Position numbers and translations under genes: made by a program
From: Octopus sinensis
Taxonomy: Eukaryota
Length of the DNA: 64,000 bases
Direction of reading: 5' to 3'
Assembly: GCF_006345805.1 (NCBI RefSeq)
Contig: NC_043013.1
Span: 18,104,001-18,168,000 of the forward strand
Notes under the pieces: model-generated
What the model saw: the letters and a program-made list of their open reading frames with translations, nothing else
What the model was told of the DNA's origin: nothing
Database searches by the model: none
Shown here: positions 50,595 to 63,221 of the stretch, piece after piece
Layout: the number at the start of each line of letters is the position of its first letter
Position numbering within the stretch: position 1 is the first letter of the stretch

Positions 50595-51934
50595 CTCTAA
50601 GGGATGTTTGCAGAATAAGCACATTGTATTTCTGCAAGGTCAAATGAGGTGACTAAAAGCACTGGCATCAGAAAGAACATCTTTCCATAAAACAATGCTT
50701 CTAAAAGTTCCAACCAACCCATGCCAGCATGGAAAAATAGATGTAAAAAGGATAACAATGAGCATGGCAGTGGCAACAACAACAGTGATGATGATGATTA
50801 CAATGATGTGATGACAATGATTTAATCAACTAATCCCACACTACATCTAACTAGTGGCCTTGTATTATAATTATTTTGATGATGACTATGCGAATTTTGT
50901 TTTCTCACCCTCATCCCACCAAACAGAATTTGGTTTCATCTCATTACATGAAGGGCTCCATCAGGATGAATTGACCCTTAGACAATACAACAAAGAGGAA
51001 ACCCAGTAAAACATCAACATTCATTTTGCATAAAGATCTGGTAAAGATTCTTTACCCAAACACGTGTGTGTGTGTGTGTGTGTGTGAGAGAGAATAGCTA
51101 AGCTAGTAGGTGTGTGTATATATATATACATATATATATATATGATGTGTGTGAGTGTGGGGTGTATAAGTGTTGGCATCTATGTGTGAGCCAGCTATGA
51201 GTGTGTGTATGTGCTAGCATGCGTATGTATGTGTGTGTGTGATCTTAATCATGATAACGTTTGTATTTGTTTGACATTTCAAGAACAGATGTTACGTGGC
51301 TGATGTAATTAAAAATTACTTAACATCTGATGACATCGCACGCTATAGCGGCTTGGTGCACACGAATGCATGCATACCGTGCACATATGCAACGACACCT
51401 TTTACATACGGATACTCACACCAACACAAGTCAATCTGTAGGAAGGTATTAACTAAATCGTTTGCTCTTTGTCACTGTGAAGTTTTTATATGTTCAATGA
51501 TGGTGATGATGATGGTGGTTGTGGTGGTGAGAGAGAGAGAGAGAGAGAGAGACAGTGCTAACTCTAGCTCCCACTCCCATTACCTCATTGTATTACAGTA
51601 AATTAATATACTCCATTAATTAATTGTTATCAGACAAAGCTATTTACAGTTAATTGTCTACAAAAGTTAATGCTGTTTGTTAATTAATCTTTATGATGTC
51701 TAAAAGAAAGAAAAAAGACAGAATATTAAATGTGGTCAGTTGTGATGGGATTAACACCTTTCATTTTTGTGATGTCAACCCTATTAGAAAAAAAAACAAC
51801 AACAAAAACTAAGGTATTCCTCCTCCCTTTCTATCTTAGCTAAAGGAACATCTCCAGAGAAGGAAAAAGGATGTTATTGACATCATTGCCAGAACATAGT
51901 ACAAGTGTATCCAAAGAGCCAGTCTTCAGTGATA

Positions 51935-52196
51935 ATAAAATAAATAAATGCGCCCTTTTAAAGCCTAGCCGGGCTCATGGGCCTAGTTTCCCGGTTTCTA
52001 TGGTGTATGTGTTCCCCACCTGGACGGGACGCCAGTCCATCGCAGCATTACTCATTTTTACCAGCTGAGTGGACTGGAGCAACGTGAAATGAAGTGTTTT
52101 GCTGAAGAACACAATGCATCGCCCAGTCCAGGAATCGAAACCATAACCTTACGATCATGATGCTGACACCCTAACCACTAGGCCATGCGCCTCCAC
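51935..52196 (-). mobile_element. tRNA-derived SINE (family E head, different tail) with 14-15-bp TSD
   Basis: CAGTCTTCAGTGATA at 51920-51934 and 52196-52210. Confidence 0.85.
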
Positions 52197-52513
52197 AGTC
52201 TTCAGTGATATAAAACCTTAAAAGATATATTTAGTTGTTATTGTTTAGCTCCAGGTTAGATCTGATCCAGTGGATCTATGATCAAGAGTATTCCAGCTGT
52301 GACCATCCTGTATTTTTCTAGAAGAATGTAGGAATACTCTATCTGATATTCTTTCGGCAATAAAGGTGTGATTTGACGGCGGTGTGGCTGCTATGTCTAA
52401 CAAGTCAAGCAACCATGTAGAGATTCACTCATATCTTATACAAAAATAATTTAAGAAATTTTGTAGATTTTCTGGAGATTTTGATAAATTTCAGAAACTA
52501 TACAATATGCCCA

Positions 52514-52604
52514 TGGACATATGGCATAGTGGTTAAGAACGCAGGCTACTAACCCCAAGATTCCGAGTTCAATTCCAGGCAGTGACCTGAATAATAATAA
52601 TAAT
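52514..52604 (+). mobile_element. Short tRNA-like SINE or tRNA pseudogene with (AAT)n tail
   Basis: TGGCATAGTGGTTAAG A box, GAGTTCAATTCC B box, anticodon-like loop CTACTAA; no convincing acceptor stem. Confidence 0.6.
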
Positions 52605-52639
52605 GTTTTTTTTTTGTTTGTTTAAAATATTAGAACGAT

Positions 52640-52825
52640 AAAATTGGTGGAGTATCAAGCCTTATGTTTTGCAGCATTTAGTTGCATCTCTTTATTTTCT
52701 GAGTTCAACTCTGCCTTTCATCTTTTCAGGGTTGATAAAATAATGTACCAGTTAAGTACAGTAGTCAGTGTTTCCAAATACCTGCTTCCTTTCAAATTAC
52801 TGGCCTTGCACCAAAATTTGGAATT
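52640..52825 (+). mobile_element. Family B SINE (decayed)
   Basis: GCCTTTCATCTTTTCAGGGTTGATAAAAT core. Confidence 0.65.
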
Positions 52826-52859
52826 ATTATCATAATCATCATCCTTAATCATTATTATT

Positions 52860-53510
52860 ATAACTTGTGTTGTATTGCATCCTTTGATGTTGCCCTTCAT
52901 GTCTTGAGAGCCTGTGGAACTTGGAACAAGACAGTTGCACACACTGTGACAGAATATCCCCAAGTTGGCACAGGACGAATGTAAGAAATGGAGGCACGAA
53001 TTGGAAATGAGGATTTGACGCTGGAAACACATGGCACAATCCATGAGTTGAAAGAGTACTGGAGTCGGAAAAATGTAAGATTTTAGTGGGACTTTCCTAT
53101 TCAAATGCAGATGAAGTTAGAAAATAATAGACCAGACATAATGATTATAGATAAGGAAAAGTGAAGTTGCTTGCTAATCAACCCATCATGGATCGAAAAG
53201 AAAGAAGACAAAAAAAACCCAAATAAAATATAATTCCTTAAAATTTGAAATAGGAAGAATTTGAAGTATGAGAACTATAAAGGTCGTGCCTATAACAATT
53301 GGTGTGTTGGGAACAGTAAGCAAAGATATAGACAAATGGCTGAAAGAGAGTGGAATAGAATGCTCTGTAGAGCTCCTACAGAAAATTTGTCTCTTAGGGA
53401 CAACAAAGATTATCAGGAGGGTTCTAAGCACTAGAAAAACTACTGAAAACTTGAGGATACCTAAGGTTACCTGCTACCCACATAAATCCTACAAGGAACA
53501 GCACTGAACC
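52860..53510 (+). pseudogene. Second R4/Dong-like REL endonuclease fragment
   Basis: DFPIQ...NNRPDIMIIDK...IKVVPITIGVLGTVSK...LQKICLLGTTKIIRRVL (ORF 53268-53507); parallels 10778-11270. Confidence 0.8.
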
Positions 53511-53574
53511 AGAGTCAAACCAAATAATAATAATAATGATGATGATGATGGTGATGGTGATAATAATAATAATC

Positions 53575-53725
53575 CTTTCTACTAAAGGCACAAGGCCTGA
53601 AATTTGAAGGGAGGGGACTGGTTGAATACATCAACTCCAGTGTTTCACTGGTACTTAATTTATTGACCCCGAAAGGATGAAAGGCAAAGTTGACCGCGGT
53701 AGAATTTGAACTCAGAACGCAGAGA
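53575..53725 (-). mobile_element. Family B SINE (5'-truncated)
   Basis: Core and tail motifs. Confidence 0.7.
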
Positions 53726-53838
53726 TATAATAATAACAACAACTATTATTATTATTATTATTATGGTCATCATCATCATCATTACTACTTCTAGAAATCA
53801 GATCAGAACTTATCTTTTTCTCTTTCATATGACAATTG

Positions 53839-53872
<34 letters not shown>

Positions 53873-54279
53873 AGAATCAATGGGGAATTATGAGAGGATT
53901 TAATGAAATAATAACTTAATGACAAAAACATTTCTGTATTATAATCTATTATCTTATAATATAATAATGGGATAAAAGTCCAAGATCTAAATTAAAATTC
54001 CATAACTGTCAAGGATGAAAGTGTTGAAGAAAGGGTTAATTAAAAGATATAATGAATACCAATAGAAATATGTTTATGGAGAGGGCAGAGAGCATGTAGT
54101 AAACATAAGGGGAAAAAGGGATAAGTCACTTTGCATCTTTGCAGGGGATACATTAAAGAAGATGAGAGAGAGAGAGATAGGATTAAGATATAACCTTTAA
54201 TCGAACAAATGTGAGGATAGATGATATACCAGTTATAAGCTTGGTCCACAAAATACAGGCTTCACCAACAGTAAACAGA

Positions 54280-54560
54280 TATAGAGTTGGTGCAGTGCTA
54301 AGATGTGATACCTGGTGTACTTGTTGCCATGAATTTAGCATACAGGTAGAAGTCCACCAAGGTTCAGTTCATGAACCTTGAGAGAAGACTGTGCTGGTAT
54401 GGTCACGTGATGCATATGGATGAGGACAGCTGCATAAAAAAAAAAAAAGATGACCTCTCATTGTGGAGGGAACCTGTGGAAGGGATAGACCCAGAAAAAT
54501 ATGGGAGAAAGTGGTGAGAAATGATTTTCAGAAGTTGAGCCTCAGAGAAATGACAAGGTA
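54280..54560 (+). pseudogene. Internally deleted RTE RT fragment
   Basis: VEVHQGSV joined to ERRLCWYGHVMHMDEDSCIK, matching parts of 8326-9580. Confidence 0.6.
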
Positions 54561-55149
54561 CTGTAATCTCTGGAAATTTGCTGTGCATGACAAGATACAT
54601 CGAGTTCAGTGAAATTGCAGTCATACATACAGGCATAGTTCTTTACAATCATGTCCCCTCCCCACTAACACACACACACAATCTGTCCTCAGTCAAAACA
54701 CCCATACAACCCATCTTTCCAACATTTCATCTCATCCCACTACGTATGATCATCCATTGAAGGCCCCCTCCATTCCCCCCTCATGTGTTAATCTGCACTC
54801 TCTCCATGCTCTAACATATCTACCACATCTTCTCCCACTCCCAGCCACTCCATTTTCTCTCACCATCACTTGCTACAGCCATGTCTTGCCCTTCTCTAGC
54901 CATCTCCCCTCACACTCTTATGGAATATCCCCCTCTATCCCTTCTGTACTATTTATACTCCTTCACTGTTCCCTGTAGATAGGCCTCAATACATCCCCAA
55001 ACACCCATCTGTTTTTCTCTCCCTCACTCTGACTGTCTCTATCTTCCTCTAACTTTCTCTCTTCCCTTCCTCTCCTTCCCTGTCTTTCTGGCACAGCCAA
55101 GTATCCCTTCTATAGTTCACAGCCACTTCCCTTGGTTTCCTCTTTCAGC

Positions 55150-55460
55150 TGAGAGGTCTTTGTTTTGCAAGCTATTTGGTAGTCCTGCTGGTGCCACGTA
55201 AAAAGCACTTGTGCCAGTTCTACATAAAAAGCACCAGTTCTGGTACCATGTAGGAAGCATCTGTGCTGGTGCCTTGTAAAAAGCACTTCTCCTGGTGCCT
55301 TGTAAAAAGCAGCCAGTACACTCTGTAAAGTGGTTGGTGTTAGGGAAGGGCATCTAGCCACAGCAAACCTGCCAAAATAGACAACTGGAGCCCAGTGTAG
55401 CTTTCTGGTTTGTCAGATCCAGCTGAACTGTCCAACACATGCCAATATGTAAAGCAGACG
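55150..55460 (+). mobile_element. Family C SINE with 4-5 shortened modules
   Basis: Repeated GGTGCC..GTAAAAAGCA units at 55190-55320. Confidence 0.65.
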
Positions 55461-55694
55461 GTGATCAATAAACAGATACCTACCCATACAAACACACACA
55501 CACACATTTACAAATTAGGCACATGATGCAATGAAAGGTGTGAAGAATGGCATTTGAGTGACTCTGACAAAACTGACAAAAGTAACATCTACATCAGTGT
55601 ATGTGTGCACTACATTATATATACATTCTTTTACTTGTTTCAGTCATGCTGGAGCACTGACTTTGCAGCCATACTAAAGCACTGGCTTTTATAT

Positions 55695-56040
55695 ATATAT
55701 AAAAATTATATATAAAAATACAAAATGGGACAAGAGCGCAAAATACACAAAGAGACGACACAAAAAACGGACGGGTCATTCGAAGCCTCTAATCTTCAGT
55801 CAGGAACTGGATCATCCTAGCAAATTTCGGCTGATTAATCCTGATATCGCTCCGATCCGGCCAGCCCCAAGGAAAAACTAAGCTGCGAGCATTAGATTTC
55901 TTGGAAAAAGGATCGAATGTATACGAAACAAGGACAGAAAAACGGACGATGCCACACGAATATAAATACAAAAAACAAAAATAAAATTAAAAAACAAGAA
56001 TGGTAATAACAGGACAAAAACAGCGGGTGTCTTATGACTT
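55695..56040. mobile_element. Unassigned CpG-retaining element next to (TA)n
   Basis: Abrupt change in composition, A-rich plus strand, many CpGs; no ORF with a recognisable domain. Confidence 0.4.
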
Positions 56041-56199
56041 TAGACAATTTAACTTATCTTAGCTGGCATATTTTGAAATAAATGCCTTTGCGGCAGACAA
56101 AGAAAAAAACGGTGTTGTCACAGCAGCAGTCAATGGCGGAAAGGCTAGTTGACCAGCAGGTCAACAACAGAATTGATATCTTAACCAAGGTGTCACATA

Positions 56200-56790
56200 A
56201 AAAGCACCCAGCACACTCTGTAAAGTGGTTGGTATTAGGAAGGGCATCTGGCTGTAGAAGCCAAGCCCCCCACCCAACCTATGGAACCTGATGCAGTCCC
56301 TGGCCATGTCAGTTTTTGTCAAACCATCCAGTCCATGGCCAGCATGAAAAACAGACATTAAATGTTGATGATGATGATGATATGCATGCACACATCATTA
56401 TCATCATTTTTAGTACCTCATGGTTAGGAAGCAAACTTCTTAACCATACAACCTTGTCTGTACCTACATACATACAGGTGCAGGTGTGGTTGTGTAGTAA
56501 GTTTGATAGCCTTAGGTCAACCAAAACCTTGTCAGTAGACAGAAACTGAAAGAAGCCCATCATGTATATATGTGCGTGTGAATGTGTGAATCTGTGTGTG
56601 TGTGTGTGTGTGTGCGCAACACCACTTCTTGAAATCCGGTGTTGATATGTTTATGTCCCTATAACTTAGTGGTTCAGCTAATGAGACCGATTGAATAACG
56701 ACCAGGCTTAAAAAAAAAGTATTGGGATTGATTTGCTCAACTGGAATTCTTCAAGGCAGTGTCCCAGTATGGCTGCCGTCTAATGACTGA
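56200..56790 (+). mobile_element. Family C fragment followed by a rearranged family A SINE
   Basis: Similarity to other copies in the window. Confidence 0.55.
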
Positions 56791-57076
56791 AACACGCACA
56801 CGAAGATGTGTCTCCAAATCCACTTACAAAGATGGAATGTATTAATAGTATTCTGAATGTCTAAGCCTGTCTTGAATCTTGAATCAAGTGGCTTCTAGTT
56901 TATAAAAAAAAATGCCTTTCAAATGTGTGTGTGAGTGAATGTAGGCAGAGGAATGGTTATGTGGTTATAAATTTCACTTTGCAGTCACTGAATGGCATTT
57001 TGCACAAGTGTCTTCTACTGTAGCCTTCAGTAAAGCAATATCTTGTAAGTGAAGTAGATAGACAAAAACTTTGATG

Positions 57077-57117
<41 letters not shown>

Positions 57118-57118
57118 T

Positions 57119-57170
<52 letters not shown>

Positions 57171-57229
57171 GAGAATGAGAGGAGATGAGTGGTAGAGTAA
57201 AGTTGCTGAGTCACATGACTTAAATACTG

Positions 57230-57445
57230 GTTTTCAAATTTTGGCACAAGGCCAGTAATTTTTGGGGAAGGAGGTAAGCTGATTACATCAACCCCAGTGG
57301 TCAACTAGTACTTATTTTATCAACCCTGAAAGGATGAACGGCAAAGTCGATGACCTTGGTGAAATTTGAGCTCCAAACAAGACAGACAGACAAAATGCTG
57401 CTAAGCATTTCGCCGAGTGTGCTAACGACACTACTAACTTGCTAC
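57230..57445 (-). mobile_element. Family B SINE
   Basis: Core and head motifs. Confidence 0.7.
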
Positions 57446-58211
57446 CTTGTGGGTTGACATAAATATTGACAAGAAAACCAGATAAATAGTGTCTTGATGA
57501 TAACACTAATAACAATAATATTGAAGATGAAGGTGATAATAATAAAAAAAAAAATGATGATGATATATGCAAGAGCAGCTAAACAATTACAAAGAAAATC
57601 AGTATGCAAGGAAGCAGGTAGTCTTAATTACAGTACAAATTAATTAAAAGCTGCACTCTGTGCTTACTGTTAAACTGGCTCCTGAGGAGGGCTAAATGGG
57701 CTTGCAGCTCCAAACCAAAGAGAACTAAATAGCATGATTATAATATGTCTATAATGACTATATGCCCCGGTGGTGTTTGATCAGAGGTCAAGGACTGATG
57801 AGAATTAATTCTGTAATGCAATCGTTCTATTGTTCCAGTCTCAAGTTGAATTCCAACTGTTGGCCAATTTGTTCCAAAGTTCTTACCTTGACATAAAATT
57901 AACAAAGTGAATGTCATTTATCTCCTCCCTTGATCTCTGATGTCATCTAACAAACACCAACCAAGATGGTGTGAAGTAGCCATGCTTTACCTGCTAGAAA
58001 TAGCAACCCAAATGTTTTAAATCAGATCCCAAAGCTAGATGTTCAAGAACCAAGCAAAAGGCAGATTTGCAATCTCAGGAACATCCTGATTCCAAAAAGG
58101 TATAATATGTCTATGTAGAGCAAATGTAGACTGAGTTACAGGGGTCCCAGACAGACAGAATTTTGCGTTTATTATTATATATATATACATGTATACACAT
58201 ACACACACAAA

Positions 58212-59090
58212 CAAGGTCTGATCAATAAGTATCCGGACTGGTGCCATAGTAACAAAGCTAAAGCACAAAGAGTGAAGTCACTTCGCAAAGATTGACCTTA
58301 AAATATGCTACACATGCTTGCTAAGTTTTAATGTTCTAGCTCACTTCTACTGTTTACAGCAATGCTTGGAAGGAATGTGTGTAGTGTGTGGTCGTCATAT
58401 TGACTATGACAGAGAAAGTTGTCATGGTGATACCTTCTCAGAGGCCTAAGCAAAGTCGCAGAAAGTGTATGGAGAGAAATATATGAGCTGCACACAAGTG
58501 TTCGAGTGGTTCAGACGTTTCCAAGATGGCCAAGAAAATGGCGATATTGATGAACGTTCTGAGAGGCCCACAACCAGCAGAACTGAGAAAAACATTGCAG
58601 ATGTGCATGCAGCTGTGAGAGGAACTCGTCGAATCACCATCCGTGAGTTATCAGAGGATGTGCAGATTAGTTATGGTTCAGTTCAGTCCATTATCACTGA
58701 AGATTTGACTATGAGTTTGTGCCAAAACTGTTTTCAGCTGACCAAAAGGACACTCGGGTTTCAGTTACACAAGATCTCCTTGATTGTGTCAAGAACGATG
58801 AAAACATTTTGAAAGCTTTGCTTAGGACTCTGAGCAGGTATCGCCAAGCTTTTGGCAAAATTTGATGCAGATTATTTACTCATCTTTCTCTGTCATGGTC
58901 AATGCGACGATCACACGCTACACCCCTTCCTTCCAAGTACTGCTGTAAACAGAAGAAGTGCGCTAGAATGCTAAAACTTAGTGTGCATGCACAGCAGAGT
59001 TCAAGGTCAATCTGTGCCCAGCGGTTTTACTCTGCATGCTTTAGCTTCATTACTATGGCAACAGTCTGGATACTTATTGATCAGATCACA
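58212..59090 (+). mobile_element. Palindromic non-autonomous mariner derivative
   Basis: TIRs 58212-58240 and 59062-59090. ORF 58465-58812 encodes a mariner HTH region (VFEWFRRFQDG...RRITIRELSEDVQISYGSVQSII). The right 280 bp or so is an inverted copy of the left end. Confidence 0.85.
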
Positions 59091-59266
59091 TACACACATA
59101 CAACACTCCTCTCCTCGTCTATCTCACACTGTTCTTTTGCACTCTCAAAGCATTTTTAAAAAAACCTACTTTCCCAATCAATACAGTCACCAAATACTGC
59201 TTCAATGTCTGCAACAAACTCTTGGTCCTTGAATCATTTTTATATATACATGCACACACATACATA

Positions 59267-59424
59267 GGGGTGGCTGTGTGGTTAGAAGCTTACTTCCCAA
59301 CCACATGGTTCCAGGTTCATTCCCACTGTGTGGTACCTTGGGCAAGTGTCTTCTACTATAGCCTTGGGCTGATCAAAGCTTTGTGAGTGATTTGGTAGAT
59401 GGAAACTGAAAGAAGCCTGTTGTG

Positions 59425-59478
<54 letters not shown>

Positions 59479-59688
59479 GGATGTGTATGTGTTTGTCCCC
59501 CCACCATTGCTTGACAACTGATGTTGGTGTGTGTTACAACCCCATAACTTAGCAGTTTGGCAAAAGAGACCGGTAAAATGAGTACTAGGCTTACAAAGAA
59601 TAAGTCCTGGGGTTGATTTGTTTGACTAAAGGTGGTGTTCTAGCATGGCCGCAGTCAAATGGCTGAAACAAGCAAAAGATTAAAAGCT
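59267..59688 (+). mobile_element. Family A SINE
   Basis: Colinear with 149-552. Confidence 0.85.
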
Positions 59689-60519
59689 ATACACAACAAA
59701 TCTGTCTGTCTGTTTTTCTCTCTCTCTCTCTCTCTCTCTAATTCTTAAACAAGAATGTTTATAAATAATAAATTTGTACTCTACAGAAGTATAGAGTAAC
59801 TGAATAGATTAAAGCAAAATTGCTTTTATTATTATAACTGAACATAAAAACAAACAATACACACACACACATATTTTCCATTTCATTGAACATAGTGATG
59901 TGAGAAGAATCAATTATCAGAGGCAACCAAGTATTAAACAAGTAAACACTAGTGTACAATAAGAAATATGATAGTAGAAACTGAGAAGTACAAAGTTCCA
60001 ATGGTAACGTGGGTGGAGTGGTAGTAGAGTGGTTGTGGAGTGGTAGCAAAAGTCTGAAAGGAGATGATAGCCTGAGAGAAAATGGGGTTCAGTCTGGCAG
60101 GATGAAACTGGGGTGACCATGTGAGCGTATATTATACAGAACATATAGAAAAAAACGGAGACAGGTGAAAGAACAACAAGCAGGTTGTTTTAGTTTGACG
60201 CTCAGGAAAAATGGAAGCCCTTGATGTTTCAAGCTTCTGCTCTTTTGTTCCACTTGCTGATGTGAATGTGAGGAACGAAGGACATAAAAAAACATGAGAA
60301 TGATGCGTATGTCATTCCTAACCACTACTACTACTGCAACCACTATCACCACTACCACCATCATCATCACCACCACCACCACCACCACCACCACCACCAC
60401 CACCACCACACACTAAGATCTTAAAGAAAACTATCAACTGACATTACAAGATTAGATAATACACAATATGTTATACATCTCATACACACATGAACAACAA
60501 CAACAACGTCGTAGTCGTC

Positions 60520-60920
60520 ATCATCATCATCATCGTTTAACGTCTGCTTTCCATGCTAACATGGGTTGGATGATTTGACTGAGGTCTGGCAAACCAGATG
60601 GCTGCACCAGGCTCCAGTCTTGATTTGGCAGAGTTTCTACAGCTGCATGCCATTCCTAACGCCAACCACTCCAAGTGTAGTGGATGCTTTTATGTGCCAC
60701 TGGCACGAGGGCCAGTCAGGTGGTACTGGCAACGGCCATGCTCAAATGGTGCTTTTTATGTGCCACCTGCACAGGAGAGTCCAGCAGAACTGGCAACGAC
60801 CTCGCTCGAATGCTTTTTTACATGCCACCAGCACAAATGCCAGTAAGGCGATGCAGGTAACGATCATGCTCGAATGGTGTTTTTTACGTGCCGCCAGCTT
60901 GTTGCTCTGGCAACGATCAC
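60520..60920 (-). mobile_element. Family C SINE with about 3.5 internal modules
   Basis: Tail at 60520-60660 followed by repeated modules. Confidence 0.8.
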
Positions 60921-61309
60921 GCTCATATGGAACTCTATAGACCTTGGGCAAGTGTCTATAGCCCCAAGCCAATCAAAGTCTTGCAAGAGGATTTGGCAGG
61001 CAGAAAATGAAAGGAGCATTTCATATATGTGTGTGTGTGTGTGTGTGTGTGGTTGCATGTGTTGTGTCTCCTTGACACTGAGTTTTTGTTGTAAATGAGA
61101 GTCACTGTCATACAAGCTGTATTATTCATTTCAAATATTCTGTGAAGACATGTCTAGTTGGAAACTGGTGAGGGTTGGTAACAGGAAGGACATTTGGCCA
61201 TAGAAAATCTGCCTCAATAAACTTTTTCCACCTCATACAAGCATGGAAGAGTAGTCATTAAATGATGTGGATGATGATGATATATATATATATATATGTA
61301 TGTTTCTAT

Positions 61310-61545
61310 CTATGCATGTGTGCGTTTACGTCTGTGTTTGTCTCCTCACCCACCGCATGACAACCAGTGTTGGTGTGTTTATGCCCCTGTAACTTAGCGG
61401 TTCAGCAAAAGTGACCAATAAATAAGTATCAGGCTTAAAAAGAATAACTACTGGGGGTTGATTTGTTCGATTAAAACCCTTCAAGGTGGTGACCGAGCAT
61501 GGCTGAAGTCAAATGACTGAAACAAGTAAAAGATAAAAGATTAAA
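61310..61545 (+). mobile_element. Family A SINE 3' half
   Basis: Similarity to 360-552. Confidence 0.7.
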
Positions 61546-61574
61546 GAATGATGGGAACAAGCCTAATCTTTGAA

Positions 61575-61735
61575 CAGAGAATATTTTGCCTAAAGTGCTA
61601 CAAGAAATTGAAGAATACCGTTGAAGTGCAAAGACAGTTCAGGAGTGAGTTTCAAACAGATTCACCAATGTGACCTAACCATCACTCAAATTTGAAGTAG
61701 ATGGAACTGTTCAGAATTTTCACAAGAAATGTTTC
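61575..61735 (+). pseudogene. Possible Tc1/mariner N-terminal HTH fragment
   Basis: Translates approximately NTVEVQRQFRSEFQTD...KFEVDGTVQNFHKK. Confidence 0.45.
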
Positions 61736-62335
61736 ATATGTGTGTGAATATAATTATCTTGTTGTTAATCCCAGGTGATTGCATGCCGCAGATCTATAAA
61801 CAAAGGTGTTCTAGAAATGTCTAACCACACTGTCTTTATTTCAGATATAGTGTGCCTAGGACTACATTATCTAAAGTGTCTGTTTATATCTTTTAAAGAC
61901 AGTTATGTGGTGATTGGAGGGAGATCTGGTTAATATTTCAAGTGCTAGCTCCTGATATATTTTTGTAGGGTAGATGGGAGATATCTCTTTGGATCAATGC
62001 TGACAAACCTACCACCACCTACTCCAGATTTAAGTCCACTCACATGCCCATCCTTATAAAAGGAAGGGTTTTAACAGCCTGTCTTATACCATGAAGGTAA
62101 GACCTTCATGAACTGCTCATACAATACAATAGATTAGGGGACTCCCTCCCTCTGGCTTACACTCATGTATATACACTTTTAGTTAGCAGAGAATTAAATA
62201 TAAAACTATCTCATTCTCTTTTTCTCTCACAACACACACACACACACAAGCATATATACTATATACACACTGACATGTATTAACATTCACAATACATTCA
62301 CTGCAGCATACTACAAACTACCATACATACATACG

Positions 62336-62393
<58 letters not shown>

Positions 62394-63221
62394 TATCTGG
62401 ATATAAAGATACATATTCTTTCATTTCACAAAAAAATGCAAATTGAAATATTCTATTTATGACTTGAGAATTGAATTTAGAACAAAACTAAACAAAACAA
62501 AAAAATGAAATATAGTAAAAAAAAAATAAATAAATAAATCATGAAGTAAATTGAACAAAAGTAGAAAAGAGTAAATAGAAAAATTTAAACAAAACAAAAA
62601 TATAAATAAAGCCAATAAAAATAGAAATAGAATAAAGCCAATATTTAGTGTCCAAAGAAAGAAGAGATCAATATTTAGAGAAATCTTGAAGTTATTGGAA
62701 ACAGTGAGGCTTCTAATATTACATGGTAGCAGATGCAGAACTTAAGGGGACAGCATGCAAGCAATACCTGTCTCTGTCTTGAAAGACATTAAAATTCTAT
62801 TGATTTTCATTCATTTTATATACACTAAGTTGAATTTTAAATAGCTCTGTTTCAAAATTTACATACGAGAGGCAATTAAAATCAAGTTGAAGTGTTAAAG
62901 TAGGGAAGAATACGTGTGGGCATCAGTACGTCAGCATGGTGTATGTGTGCACACGCACGAGGTCTTCATGAGTGAAATTTATTTCTTCTATTTAAGACAA
63001 AAAATTTCCTTTAAAAAAACCTCGGTAAGATAATAGCAAATAGAACTAACAGGAGTGGTGTGAACTGGGGAAAATTTATTTTACGAGGTTTGTATGCAGC
63101 GGAGAGACAAGAATCTTGGTGTTTTAAGCCCAAGACCTCCATTAGAGACAGAAAATCCTTCTCTCTCACCCTCACTCTCTGTGACAGAGGGCTTAGTTCT
63201 GAACTGCAGAATTCTTCTCTC

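Noticed and set aside
51327-51380. CUGAUGA ... GAAUGCAUGCAUA
   Set aside because: GAA lacks the third A and stem I cannot form.
2345-57445. Minus-strand excess of family B SINEs (about 16 vs 7 by eye)
   Set aside because: Small counts with local clustering; not convincing evidence of host transcription direction.
62090-62110. Perfect 9-bp hairpin CATGAAGGT-AAG-ACCTTCATG
   Set aside because: Too short to exceed chance and has no supporting context.
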